Source: Macrostomum lignano
Taxonomy: Eukaryota
Reading direction: 5' to 3'
NCBI GenBank assembly: GCA_002269645.1
Contig: NIVC01003031.1
Coordinates: 60,347 to 124,346 of the forward strand
Length of the DNA stretch: 64,000 nucleotides
The notes below the pieces were generated by a model, which searched no databases, was not told the DNA's origin, and saw only the letters and a program-made list of their open reading frames with translations. Positions 47,869 through 60,631 of this stretch are shown piece after piece. How positions within the stretch are numbered: the stretch's first letter is position 1; each line of letters begins with the position of its first letter. The position numbers and the translations under genes were made by a program.

Positions 47869-49596
47869 CTAGCTAATTAGAGCTGGCTGCCAGCAGCCAG
47901 AATAATTTTTTATTGCCCCCCTTTAAGTGGGGTCCAGTGAGTTTTCTTATCAGTTGGCTCTGGCGCAATCAATTAAGATTGACTGTGAAGTTTCTCGCTG
48001 ATAAAATTTTGCATTGGAAAAGCCCATTTAAAACAGTTTTTCGAATATTTAATCCCTTTAGCATTGAAGCAGATACAAGAAATTTTAACCATACAATCCC
48101 AGGCTGATTACAAATCTTTTGGCGAAAACGCGATCGAAATCGGTCGAGAATTGCAATCTCTAGAGCGTTATGGACAAGCATACAAACAAATATTAGAGAT
48201 TTAGTATATGTAGACTAGCTAATTAGAGCTGGCTGCCAGCAGCCAGAATAATTTTTTATTGCATCCCTTTAAGTGGGGTCCAGTGAGTTTTCTTATCAGT
48301 TGGCTCTGGCGCAATCCATTAAAATTGACTGTGAAGTTTCTCGCTGATAAAATTTGCATTGAAAAAGCCCATTTAAAACAGTTTTTCGAATATTTAATCC
48401 CTTTAGCATTGAAGCAGATACAAGAAATTTTAACCGTCTTCTTTCCAGACAATTTTGAATGTTTTGGCGAAAACGCGATCAAAATCGGTGAAGAATTGCA
48501 GTCTCTAGAGCGTTATGGACATTCAAGCAAGCATACAAACCTTAGAGATTTAGTATATTTAGACTAGCTAATTAGAGCTGGCTGCCAGCAGCCAGAATAA
48601 TTTTTTATTGCCCCCCTTTAAGTGGGGTCCAGTGAGTTTTCTTATCAGTTGGCTCTGGCGCAATCAATTAAGATTGACTGTGAAGTTTCTCGCTGATAAA
48701 ATTTTGCATTGGAAAAGCCCATTTAAAACAGTTTTTCGAATATTTAATCCCTTTAGCATTGAAGCAGATACAAGAAATTTTAACCATACAATCCCAGGCT
48801 GATTACAAATCTTTTGGCGAAAACGCGATCGAAATCGGTCGAGAATTGCAATCTCTAGAGCGTTATGGACAAGCATACAAACAAATATTAGAGATTTAGT
48901 ATATGTAGACTAGCTAATTAGAGCTGGCTGCCAGCAGCCAGAATAATTTTTTATTGCATCCCTTTAAGTGGGGTCCAGTGAGTTTTCTTATCAGTTGGCT
49001 CTGGCGCAATCCATTAAAATTGACTGTGAAGTTTCTCGCTGATAAAATTTGCATTGAAAAAGCCCATTTAAAACAGTTTTTCGAATATTTAATCCCTTTA
49101 GCATTGAAGCAGATACAAGAAATTTTAACCGTCTTCTTTCCAGACAATTTTGAATGTTTTGGCGAAAACGCGATCAAAATCGGTGAAGAATTGCAGTCTC
49201 TAGAGCGTTATGGACATTCAAGCAAGCATACAAACCTTAGAGATTTAGTATATTTAGACTAGCTAATTAGAGCTGGCTGCCAGCAGCCAGAATAATTTTT
49301 TTATTGCCCCCCTTTAAGTGGAGCGGAGTGAGTTTTCTTATCAGTTGGCTCTGGCGCAATCAATTAAAATTGGCAGTGAAGTTTCTGGCTGATAAAATTT
49401 GCATTGAAAAAGGCCATTTAAAACAGTTTTTCGAATATTTAATCCCTTTAGCATTGAAGCAGATACAAGAAATTTTAACCGTCTTCTTTCCAGACAATTT
49501 TGAATCTTTTGGCGAAAACGCGATCAAAATCGGTGAAGAATTGCAATCTCTAGAGCGTTATGGACATACAAACCTTAGAGATTTAGTATATTTGGA
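47869..49596 (-). mobile_element. Tandem array of five ~346-349-bp mini-Helitrons (A-B-A-B-C)
   Basis: Junctions at 48214/5, 48563/4, 48909/10 and 49258/9 read CTAG|TC on the minus strand; hairpin CTGGCTG-CCAG-CAGCCAG ~11 nt from CTAG; 695-bp dimer period. Confidence 0.85.
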
Positions 49597-49660
49597 TAGA
49601 AGATAGATAGAAGACTAGAGCGTTATGGACAAGCATACAAATATTAGAGATTTAGTATAT

Positions 49661-50400
49661 CTAGAAGCCATTTTGCCCCCCTCCGGGTGGCTTCTTAGCA
49701 GTTTAGCGCTTGTCTATAAGCAGTTTTGCACAGTCGCTCAGCAAATCACACTAATCTCCAAGCAGTTCTGCAGTAGCAAATCTCTAAGCAGTTGTACACC
49801 AATTTTACTGAGACTAAAAAGTTCGAAAAAGTTACATTTCTTAATGTTTGAATCTTTGCAATGTCAATTCATTTATAGTTCTTTTATGATTATTTGTTAT
49901 TTTTAAATCCTCACCAGATTAGTACAATTCTCCTACATTAGCCCTACACCCCCAGATTAGCCCCACTTCCCCCAGATTAGCACTGCTCCACAGATTACCG
50001 CCGCTTCCCAGATAGTTTCACCTCCCCAGATTAGCACTACTTCTCCAGATTCGCACCACTCCGCAAAAATTTGCATCGCTACTTCTTCTAGATTAGCCCC
50101 AATCCCCCAGATTAGCCCCAATCCCTCAGATTAGCCCTAATCCAGCAGATTAGCCCCCACTCCCTTAAATCAGCACCGCTCCCCAGATTAGCCCCCACTC
50201 CCTTAAATCAGCACCGCTCCCCAGATTAGCCCCCACTCCCTTAAATCAGTACCGCTCCCCAGATTAGCCCCCACTCCCTTAAATCAGCACCGCTCCCCAG
50301 ATTAGCCCCCACTCCCTTAAATCAGCACCGCTCCCCAGATTAGCACCACTTCCAAACTGCTAAAAGGCGACTACTATGGATGGATGGATGGATATTGGAT
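49661..50400 (-). mobile_element. Further Helitron-type 3' end with related ccagattagcccc arrays (38-bp unit x5 at ~50147-50340); 5' end not located
   Basis: ctagaagcca...tggcttct stem at 49661-49695, followed by 18-mer-like and 38-mer repeats. Confidence 0.5.
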
Positions 50401-52169
50401 TGGATAGATGGATGGATTACTGTAAAGCCATATGCCATTTGTTATATGCCATTTTGTTTGTATAATTTGCATCATATGATGTCGATGATTATATATATGT
50501 ATAAATAGGGGTGTAGCCAGGAATTTTTTACAGGGGGATGCAGGGATATGAGTAGCTGCTACTACTTCTGAGGCAGTTCACAGGAAAATTAAGTGCCATA
50601 AATGATAAATTGAATATTGACCAGCAGTGGTAGATCTAGAGTTTCATTTTGGGGGGCAGTTTAAGTTTAGGGTGCCAACATGAGTATAAGGAGCACAAAT
50701 TTTTAAGCAAAGGTGCAAAAATTGGATGTAAGGGACAAAAAATTCAGCTTAGGGGTGCAAAAAATGTGTAAGATGAGCGAAAAATCAAGCTTGTATGAAC
50801 TTTTGTTCTTAATGCTGTTTATCCATTTTGGTTAGAGGATTTAATCAATAAAACATTTTTTTGTTTTTTATAATTTTGTTAAACAGGCCCTATATTTAAA
50901 AAAACATTCATTATATACTTGGTTTCTCTTATTATAGTTTATATTTAGTTGGTTTCTCCTATTATACAAGGGTTGTTTAGAAAATCTGCAACTGAATGTG
51001 TTTCACAGTTTAACAGATTGAACAAATGTAACACTACTCTTCTTACTTCTCAATATAGGCACCCTTGAGGCTTATGCATTTGTGCCACCTCTCAGGCAAC
51101 TTCTTGATGCCAGCAGCATAGAAATTGGCAGGTGACCCCTTGAAGTAAGGCAGGTGTGACAGCATCTCAAAGCCTAGGTAAAAAATGGCAGTCATGTTCA
51201 AATGTTCAAATCTTTAGATATAAAAAAACATTCCATTGTTTTTTATCTAATGTTTTACTTCATTAATCAATGATATTAATCTAACCTTAGCCCCATAATC
51301 TAATCTCATCTATCTACTATCCGAATTCAATCCAACCTCAGTCAACCTTATCCATCTTCTATCTAACTTTAATCCAACTTTAGTCCAACCTCAGCCTAGC
51401 TGTTTCTAATCTTTGCTCATGCCAGTTTCCCTTTATTTTGTTATATATTAGCCTGTGGTGGCCAGACTACGTGACCGGCAGCACCAGTGCAGCCACACTG
51501 GAAACCCTCCCTGCCAACCTCCATCTAGTTGAGGTGGGGTGGTGGCGCACCGCGCTAGCTGGCTCGCTAAGCCAAGGCCGGGGGGGTTGGCATAGCCAAT
51601 CACGCCACACCACATGTGCGCACCTCCCTAGGCCCCTCAATAATCTCGCGCTATTTTCACTTGTATAAATATACGCGCAATGCAGTGCAGCATCTTTGTT
51701 GCCATTCCATCTATTGAAACTAAAAGGCCTTCCGCCTCATTGGTGAGCCCGACTCCCAGCGCGGAACGCAGGGCCTATCTGGTCGGCCCTGTGCGGTCCT
51801 GGCAGCCAACTGCCTTGGCCGACTGCAACGGCAGCACAGCACCACCGCAGCCCCGCAGCACCGCCGTCCAGCAGCCACAGCAGTACCCGCAGCACGAATC
51901 TGCCCAGTCAGCCCGCCCCCAGTAGCTCCTGTGGTCCCGCCTTTCGCCCCCCGCGTTGGACCCACCAGCGCCACACGCTGCAGCTACTTCTAGGTTAGCA
52001 CCGCTGCTGCTAGCCTAACGTCCCCAGCCTCTGTGCAGGAGCTTCGACCCGGCTTACGGCGGCAACTGACTGTCGATTGCCTCGGGTGTGGTCCGGCCGC
52101 GCGCGCCCCTGCTGCCTTCGGCGCCCGCCTGGCGCCCTGCTGCCTTCGGCGCCCGCTCGGCGCCCTGCT

Positions 52170-53440
52170 GTCTTCGGCGCCCGCCCGGCGCCCTGCTGCC
52201 TTCGGCGCCTACCTCGCGCCCTGCTGCCATCGGCGCCCGCCTGGTGCCCTGCTGCCTTCAGCGCCCGCCTGGCGCCCACCTGGCGCCCTGCTGCCATCGG
52301 CGCCCGCCTGGCGCCCTGCTGCTTTCGGCGCCCGCCTGGCGCCCTGCTGCCTTCGGCGCCCGCCTGGCGCCCTGCTGTCTTCAGCGCCCGCCTGGCGCCC
52401 ACCTGGCGCCCTGCTGCCTTCGGCGCCCGCCGGCGCCCTGCTGCCTTCGGCGCCCACCTGGCGCCCGCCTGCCACCCTGCTTTCCCCTGCTCTGCCATCC
52501 TGCTTTCCCCCTGCTCTGCCATCCTGCTCTGCCACGCTGCTCTGCCATCCTGCTTTCCCCTGCTCTGCCATCCTGCTTTCCCCCTGCTCTGCCATCCTGC
52601 TCTGCCACCCTGCTTTCCTCTGCTCTGCCATCCTGCTCTGCTAGGCTGCTCTGCCATCCTGCTTTCCCCTGCTCTGCCATCCTGCTTTCCCCTGCTCTGC
52701 CATCCTGCTCTGCCACCCTGCTTTTCCCCTCCTCTGCCATCCTGCTCTGCCACGCTGCTCTGCCACCCTTCTCTGGCACACTGCTCTATTCCCTGCTTTC
52801 CGTTCCGTGTTCTGCCATCCTGCTCTGCCCCACTGCTCTGCCCACCTGCTCTGCGTCTTGCTCTGCCACCTTGTTCTGCCCCTGCTTGGCTCCCTGCTCT
52901 GCCCCTGCTCTCCCACCCTGCTCTGCCACCATTCTCTGCCCCCTGCTCTACCCCTTGCTCTGCCACCTTGTTCTGCCCCTGCTTGGCTCCCTGTTCTGCC
53001 ACGCTGCTCTGCCACCATGCTCTGCCCCCCTGCTCTGCCCCCTGCTCTCCCACCCTGCTCTGCCACCATGCTCTGCCCCCTGCTCTACCCCTTGCTCTGC
53101 CACCTTGTTCTGCCCCCTGCTTGGCTCCCTGCTCTGGCACGCTGCTCTGCCATCCTGCTCTGGCACGCTGCTCTGCCATCCTGCTCTGGCACGCTGCTCT
53201 GCCATCCTGCTCTGGCACGCTGCTCTGCCATCCTGCTCTGGCACGCTGCTCTGCCATCCTGCTCTGGCACGCTGCTCTGCCATCCTGCTCTGGCACGCTG
53301 CTCTGCCATCCTGCTCTGGCACGCTGCTCTACTCATTACTCTACCCCTTCATCTGCCACGCTGCTTTGCCATCTTGCTCTGCCACCCTTCTCTGCCACAC
53401 TGCTCTATTCCCTGCTGTCTGCCTTACCCTGCCCCTCTTC
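52170..53440. repeat. GC-rich compound minisatellite (ggcgcccgcctggcgccctgctgccttc, then ctgctctgccatc variants)
   Basis: Low-complexity tandem units that open ORFs in nearly all frames. Confidence 0.9.
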
Positions 53441-53686
53441 TCTTCTTGCCCCCTCCCGCTAAAGTAGTCTCGTAATAATACTAAATAGTGCAGCTTATTG
53501 AAAACATACTCGTATTTATTCTTCAGAGAAAACTACCGGTGGAGCCCAGCTGCTGTACGATTGGCACCTTTGCTATGGTCTCTGGCGCGGCTCGCCCACG
53601 GAGTTCGCCCACAAAAGCTATCCAAGCACGAGCTTCTTACCAGTTTATGTGCACATCGAGTTTATATATAGTTGGTACGTACCGCC

Positions 53687-54764
53687 ACCGTGAGCGCTGA
53701 AGCGCTGACATCAGGTGTAAACGCCACGGCCGGGACTGCCGCTGTCTCCGCTTAAGCAGCCGCCTCGAACAACAATGCAGTCGGTGCAAAGCGTACCATA
53801 CCCTTCAGCAATTCGGTGGTCGTATCAAAGTTAGCTCAGGATGGAACGGTCGTTGAAAGTATTTTGTATTGAACTCTCAGCAAATGGAAACTCGTATCAT
53901 TGACAGTTCGGTTTAGCTCTATTTTCAGTCAAATTTTTAACTTTGTTAAACTGTAACTCTTACTCTTGTTCTACTTTAAGCCATAACTTGTAAGCTTGCT
54001 CATGTATTGACTGCATGCCCATATGCATGCAGTAGTACTTCCAATCACCGTTAGTGAGGTTTCACAAGTCACCAATAGCCGCAACAGAAAAGCCATGCAC
54101 TGACAAGCCATATCTAATTTTGGCAGAGGTGGGGAGGGCGGGAGAAGGTGGCAGCAGAGAGCGGGAGTGTGGCGCCGGAGAGCGGGAAGGTGGCGGTAGA
54201 GAACGGGAAGGTGGTGGTAGAGAGCGGGAAGGTGGTGGTAGAGAACGGGAAGGTGGCGGTAGAGAGCGGGAAGGTGGCGCCGGAGAGCGGGAAGGTGGCG
54301 GTAGAGGGCGGGAAGGTGGCAGTAGAGAGCGGGAAGGTGGCAGTAGAGGGCGGGAAGGTGGTAGTAGAGGGCGGAAAGGTGGTGGTAGAGAACGGGAAGG
54401 TGGCAGTAGAGAGCGTGAAGGTGGTGGCATTGAGCGGGAAGGTGGCAGTAGAGAGCGGGAAGGTGGTGGTAGAGAGCGGGAATGTGGTGGTAGAGAACAG
54501 GAAGGCTGCGGTGGAGAGCGGAAAAGTGGCGCCGGAGAGCGGGAAGGTGGCGCCAGAGTGGGGAAAGGTCTGACCAAACGTCTGTCTTATCGCTCTAACA
54601 ATGTGGCTGAGTTTGCAATACCTGCATTTTTATATTTTAGTTACAATAAAGCATAAATTGGCTTGTAGGTATTCTCTTCGTGAGCTCTCGTTTTTGCGAC
54701 TGTTGCTAAGTCTTGTGGAAATTTTGTTAAATTGGATTCTCTGAGTTCTTTACTTTATTTTTCA
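53687..54764 (+). repeat. Left arm of a long inverted repeat (contains a 21-bp array, 54140-54570)
   Basis: Reverse complement of ~61437-62739, near-identical outside the array. Confidence 0.92.
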
Positions 54765-54774
54765 TAATTTCTTG

Positions 54775-55420
54775 ACTTTGACTCAGCTGCATGACTGTTC
54801 CGGAGGGGACACAGTGGGAAGGCACGGGCCCCCATTCCGCTAATCCCTGAACGGCCGACGCGTCGCTATGAACGAAGGGTTGGTGACTAGGGACTAGGGA
54901 GGTCCCCCAGTGTCGCCATCAGCTATGTTGCTCTCTGGAAGGAGAGTTCAGCCCTGCGGGTGGCCTGGAGGTAGCGCATGAACTTAATTAAGATTTTTAG
55001 GTTTGCGCGCTTTGATAATTGATGTGTGTGGCCAAAGGTAACTGAGTCTGGCTCTCATGAATGCGCGAAGTTGCGTCTCCGGAGTTGCAGATGGCGGTGG
55101 TTATTGCCCTGCAGGTACTGGTGCCTGGAGAAGCAGTCGTGACTTGAGAGAGTACAAAGGGGTTCGGGCCCGAGAGAGGAGCCGGAGGCGCCAACTTTTG
55201 CAATGCAAGAATGTCAGTCAGCTCATTTCCTCGAATCCTCACATGCCCCGGCTCCCACTTAAGGATAATTTTGTTTTTAGAAGTGTAGTGTAGAAGTGGA
55301 GCTCACCACGGTTCCAGTGGTCATTGATGGCATCGCGCGGGTCGATAGCTACGGAATAGCGTCTCCGATTGAGCGTTGAGGCATCTGGGTAAATACCTGA
55401 CACAGTTGCACCCAAGGACC
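54775..55420 (-). pseudogene. 3' fragment of an RNase H-encoding non-LTR retrotransposon (I/R1/Loa-like)
   Basis: Minus strand LKWEPGHVRIRGNELTDILA (RNase H C-terminal motif), LIKFMRYLQATRR ORF end, and an AAAGTCAAG tail near 54775. Confidence 0.7.
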
Positions 55421-56405
55421 ATTGGAATATACATATAGTCTAGTAGTCCTTGATTACTACAATAAAGCATTTAAATGTACATGAAGGTGTGTAACGCACG
55501 GTATTTGGCAGTGTAAAACTCAACGAAGGCCCCGTGGAGGCAGTGCTCGCTTTATTTATAAAAAGAGCGAACGTACATTAAAGCGATACCTTTACCCAGC
55601 AAAATATTTGTCATAGTCCAATATACAGGAATAAAACCATTACACATGTAGGTGTTGATCGACTTGATGTCGCTCTAGAATTATATAGATCTGCATCCAT
55701 GAGCGTTAGGGTACATTGACGACTACAGAAAACATGCAGACAGACTGAGCTGACCTGAACCATGTGCGATGGTTCTACATGTACATGTATACTTTTGAGA
55801 CTGATGGTATCGTTGCATCTGAGGCATATTGACACAACAGTACTCGTACTTACTGCATGTCACGATCTTGTGCGGAACTCGCCAACTTGTACATGTACTT
55901 GTAGCTTTATTTGCAGTACGACTATGTATAGGGAACGAGGCTTGCCCAGTATAGTGCTTTTCAGCACCGGATCCTGGGAATCGGTGCGCGCTCGTTGCAC
56001 GACCGGGTTGCATCAATATACTCGTAACACAGTTCACAGCTTAGATCGAGTCTCCAATGTGGAGGTCCACATCCTTGTCCATCAAGGTCCATCCTTGATT
56101 GATTGTTTTTACTGGGATCAATGTGTAATCACTTGTACATGCAGATATAGTCAAGTCACTTGACTACATGTACATGTATATGCTGTACATGTAATTTCTA
56201 TTCATAGCTTATGTACTGTACCATATATGCATATGTGCATGTGCATATGTGCATCAATATATTGATGCAAATATATACGTGCAGTACGTAGTAATGTACG
56301 TAGTACGTAGATCACAGTTATGTGAGGTTCCACAAGTCACCAATACCCATAAAACAAAAGCCATGCACACACAAGACATGTATTTTTGTGTATACATGTA
56401 TACGT

Positions 56406-59400
56406 TCTATTATAATTCTATTCAGTTCTATTAAATTTGCACTTCGGTGCAAATATGCTGCGACCTCCGGGTGACGCTTGCCATCTGGCTGGCGCTTGCC
56501 CAGGTGAGAGCGGTGAGCCGCGCTCTGCTAACACGGACGCTGCGGCTGCTAACAGCGGCAGGAAGGGCAACCGGCGAGGCAAACGAAGTCTCCACCGGCG
56601 CATCCAGCGGCGGCGTGAGCGCAACAGGCGAGGACGGCTGAAAGGTCGTTTTCGCAAGTCTGCAAGTTTGCTTGACCCGGCCCCTATCCAATCGGTTCTG
56701 CCTGGTAGCGCAGGAGACCGTGAGGCCCAACAAGTCCGGGCCCCAGCTGTACCAGGAAGCGCGTTTAGAATTGCCACCTTCAACTGTCGCACTCTCAAAC
56801 CTGCTTGGAGGAGGGGAATGCTGGCGCAGCTGGCATCCGATCTGCAGCTGGACATTGTGATGCTGCAGGAAGTTTCAATTGTGACGCAGGACGGCCTCCA
56901 ACGTGAGGATCTCGGTGCCGGCTGGACCCTGTTTTTCACCTCAGCGGACAGTCGAGGACGTGGAGGAGTCGGCGCTCTAGTCGGACCGCGGCTGCAGCAG
57001 AGTGTCTGCTGTGTCCCCGTGTCACCTCGGCTTCTGCGTGTGGATGTGAGACTGCGAGGCCGTAACGCCCGGGTGTTCTGCGCGTATGCACCGACAGCTG
57101 CCCATCAGCATGAGGCGCAGGAGTTCTTTGATTTCCTGTCGGAGCAGCTCGAGTCGGTCGCAATGCGTGACACTGTGGTGGTGCTTGGCGATCTCAACGC
57201 TGTCGCGGAGAGGTCCCAGCGCTCCCCGTTCGTGTCCCCGCGCCAGAATGGCAACTCTAGTGCGCTTGCGGACCTTATGTCGCGGCAAGATCTGGTGTCG
57301 GCGAACACGCGCTTCCGCAAGCCTGCTTTTCGTTTGGCGACTTTTGCTGGTTGTAAGCGAAGAAAGCGGAACGCGCGCCAAAACGCCACGACGCGCCGGG
57401 CCCAGCTCGACCACATTCTTGTTCGTAACGCGAGCGCAGTCGGGTGACAGACTGCGACACGATGGCCCCGCTGTCCATCCGATCCGACCACCGCCTGCTT
57501 TTCTGCAACCTTCGCATCCGGGATCCGCTGTACAGGCCGCCCAAGCGACCCCCACGCCGCTACTTCCGGGCTCTGCGAGATTCTAGCACCCGCGGCAGGT
57601 TCGCGTACGCGTTTGCCACCGCACTGGGAGAGTCTGCGAGCACCGGTAACTACTCTGAAATTAGCGCGGCAGTAGCGACGGCAGCGAGCAAAACTCTGCC
57701 ACTGATGAAATCTGCAGCCCGTAGTCTCCCTGTCTGGGCGGATGACAAGGAGGTTCAAGAGGCGAGGCGGACAGTCGAGAGGCTGCGACGGTCCAGGAGA
57801 CCGACGGCAGAGGCCGAGAAAGCCCTGTCAGACGTTTATGTCAGGCGGCAGCAAGCCGCTGTTGACGATGCCATCCGAAGCGTCACCTCCGCAGGGTTCG
57901 ACCAACGGAATCGGCTCGTATGGCCGACAATCAACGCCTTGACTGGTCGCAAGAAGAAAACGGTGCTAAACTTGACCGGCAACACGCCAAAAGCGCAGAA
58001 ATGAGCTACGCGACTTCTTCGCCGATATCGTCAACGCGCCGCCACCGCCTCTGCCAGAAGTGATGCCACTGCCGCTCGAGACGGCGCTGCCGTCGCAGGA
58101 AGATTTCAACACCCAGCCAGTGACCAGCAACGACGTTGTGCAGTTCGGCAGTTCGCTCGCCATGCGCCGGGAGGTCGCCCCGGGACCGGACGAGGTGCCT
58201 ATCGAGGTGCTGCGACTCACAAGGGTCGCCATTGAGGTGGCTCGTGTGATGAACGGTCTCCTTTCTGGAGATGCCGCGCCCCGCGAGTGGACAACCGCGC
58301 ACATCGTCGCGATCCCGAAGAAGCCAGGCACGACACGAAAGGAGGAGCACAGGGGGATCTCGCTTATGTCCTGCGCCGCGAAGCTGTTCAACCGGGTGCT
58401 GCTGGCTCGGTTACAGCCTGTGCTGGACCAGTTCCTGCGAACTGAGCAGAACGGGTTCCGCCCACATCGCGGCACAGTGACGCAGATCCTAGCCCTCCGC
58501 CGCATCATCGAGGAGGCGCGCATCCATCAGTCAAGTCTCGTGGTGATCTTCATTGATTTCCTCAAGGCCTTCGACTCGCTGGCTCGCGGCGCGCTGCCTC
58601 TCGTGCTTCGTGCGTACAATGTACCGGAGCAACTGATTTCCGCCATCATGGCGATGTACCAGGACACGACCGCTTCGGTGATGACGCCAGATGGACTGTC
58701 AGACCAATTCAGCACGTCGTCAGGCGTGCTACAGGGTGACACTTTGGCGCCTTTTCTGTTTGTGCTGGCACTGGACTGGGTGCTGGGAACCGGCCTGCCC
58801 AACCTGGATGACGGCTTCCTTTTGAGAAGACGCACGAGTCGGCGGCACCCGGAGAAGCGGCTCTCCGTTCTCGGCTATGCGGACGACCTCGCGCTACTTT
58901 CATCGACGGCTGAAGGTGCCCAGCGGCTGCTTGATGGCCTGACGGCGGCAGCGTCGCGGGTCGGCCTTAAGCTGAACGCGCGGAAGACGGTAGTGTTCAC
59001 GGTGCCCTCCGACTTGCCGGCCGAGATCAATTACCGAGACGCTGCCGGGAATGCATTTATGCTTACCCGCTGCGAGCGCTTTGTGTACCTCGGCGGCTCC
59101 GTGCCGGACGTTGCCGACGACCTGAAGAGACGCCGAGGACTGGCCTGGGCCGCATTTCGATCTGTGCGCTCCGTGCTCCAATCTGAGGCCCTGGACGACG
59201 GGCTCAAGGCTCGGCTGTTTCAGGCAGTCGTCGAGACTGTCCTGTTGTACAACGCCGAGACTTGGACCCTGACGGACGCCTTGGAGAGGCAGCTGGACGC
59301 TGCGCATGCGGCAATGCTGCGTGCGGCTTTCGGAGTGCGCAGCGGCCCAGGCAGCGAGACCAACGCCGCGCTCTACACTAGGGCGCGCCTGACGCGGCCT

Positions 59401-59708
59401 TCTGACCTGCTGCGCGGGCGGCGACTTCGACTGGCTGGCCACGTCATCCGGTCGGAGGCCCGCTGTCCTGAGCCGCTACACGACGTGCTGCTGCTCAAGC
59501 TGCAGGGACCGCGGAGGCGAGACCAAGGGCGAACGGTGCGATACCCTGACCGACTTCTGAGTGACGCTGGCGCCCCGGACCAAGCAGGGGGATGCGACTT
59601 CCTGAGGGCAATGGCCCAGAGACGCGCTTTCTGACTGCTCCCCCCTTTCTGGCTACTGCGTGGCCGGCGGGAGCAGTACCTTGTTGTTGTTGTTGTTGTT
59701 GTTGTTGT
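56406..59708 (+). mobile_element. Full-length RTE-clade non-LTR retrotransposon (3.3 kb)
   Basis: 10-bp TSD ATGTATACGT (56396-56405, 59709-59718), (TTG)9 tail, 9-bp 3' stem, single EN-RT coding region. Confidence 0.92.
56455..59634 (+). pseudogene. APE endonuclease-reverse transcriptase ORF with two frameshifts
   Basis: IATFNCRTL, LQE, GDLNA, LDHIL, SDH (APE); RGISL, QNGFR, FIDFLKAFDS, GVLQGDTLAP, YADD (RT). Frameshifts near 57428 and 57993. Confidence 0.93.
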
Positions 59709-59809
59709 ATGTATACGTGCATAAATTCAAGTTTATGCACATGTATCAAGCAGTACGCGACTGACTGTATAAACTAGTCGTACTGAACTGGAGCCATGCC
59801 TCAGATGCT

Positions 59810-60631
59810 GGACTCCACACGTCAAAACCAAAGCCCGCAAAGCTCTTGAGACTCTCGCGCACATCCGCAGAGCTTTCGGCGCTACTGGGGCCTCACCCCG
59901 CCGCCTCTGGTGGACTTACACGTACTGTCATTGTGAGACCGACTATCTTATTCACCGGCTTCATTTGGAACAGTGACCTATAGTGGTGAAAGGGGTTCTT
60001 GATGCTCTCAACAGGGTGCAAGGCCGCGCTTGTCGAGCTATATCATGAGCGCGACTCCATCTACGCCCTTCGCTGGCATGAACACCTTCCTGGACTTTGT
60101 CAGAGGGGAGGCAATGAAAATCACCCGCCGTCTGCTTATCGCAGGTGCCCCATCCAGAAGCAGTTCGCCTTCAGAAAGGGATCCTCCGGCGACCTCAGCC
60201 TGCGAGACCTGGAAGCAGCGAGAGGCCTGCTGACCCTCTCGAACGGAATTCCGTCCACGCTCTGCCCTCCGCTCAAATTCAAAACCGGCAACGAGCTGGC
60301 CGATCGCCTGGCCAAGGCTGGCTCGGCCGGTTTTTTTACTGGTCCCCTGCTGGCCGTGGCCCACCCCTATTGCTGTTGTCACCACTCGGATCAACTAGTG
60401 GGTGGCTTCAAAGCAGGGAGAGGTGGGCAAACGCCCCCGACTGCCGGCAATCCGGCGCGGCGGTCCGCCCTATGCAGGGCCCTGCTTGGACCCAACCGCA
60501 GGGTCATCAGGGCGGTGAACATGGCCCTTTGGGTCATATGACTGTTTTGCCAGGCATCGTTAACCTCCAGGGAAAAATCCCTGGAGGTTAACGCCCCCAG
60601 ACCCACTGAGCCCCCAGCTAAAGTCAAGTAA
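59810..60631 (+). mobile_element. 5'-truncated, degenerate RNase H-encoding LINE (Loa/R1-like) with probable 14-bp TSD
   Basis: KARKALETLAHIRRAFGAT-G-SPRRLWWTYT..IVRP thumb motif, GNELADRLAKAG, AAAGTCAAG tail; direct repeat ATGCCTCAGATGCT at 59796-59809 and 60632-60645. Confidence 0.72.

Noticed and set aside
50500-50780. Short ggggtgtagccagg / cagtggtagatctaga starts resembling small non-autonomous elements
   Set aside because: No matching ends or TSDs were found.
52010-53475. Overlapping 400-460-aa ORFs on both strands
   Set aside because: GC-rich tandem repeats open in nearly all frames; no domain content.
53520-53680. Possible host exon after ttcttcag; similar candidates near 62810-62890 and 63610-63680
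   Set aside because: No recognisable protein or consistent exon chain; RNA-seq is needed.
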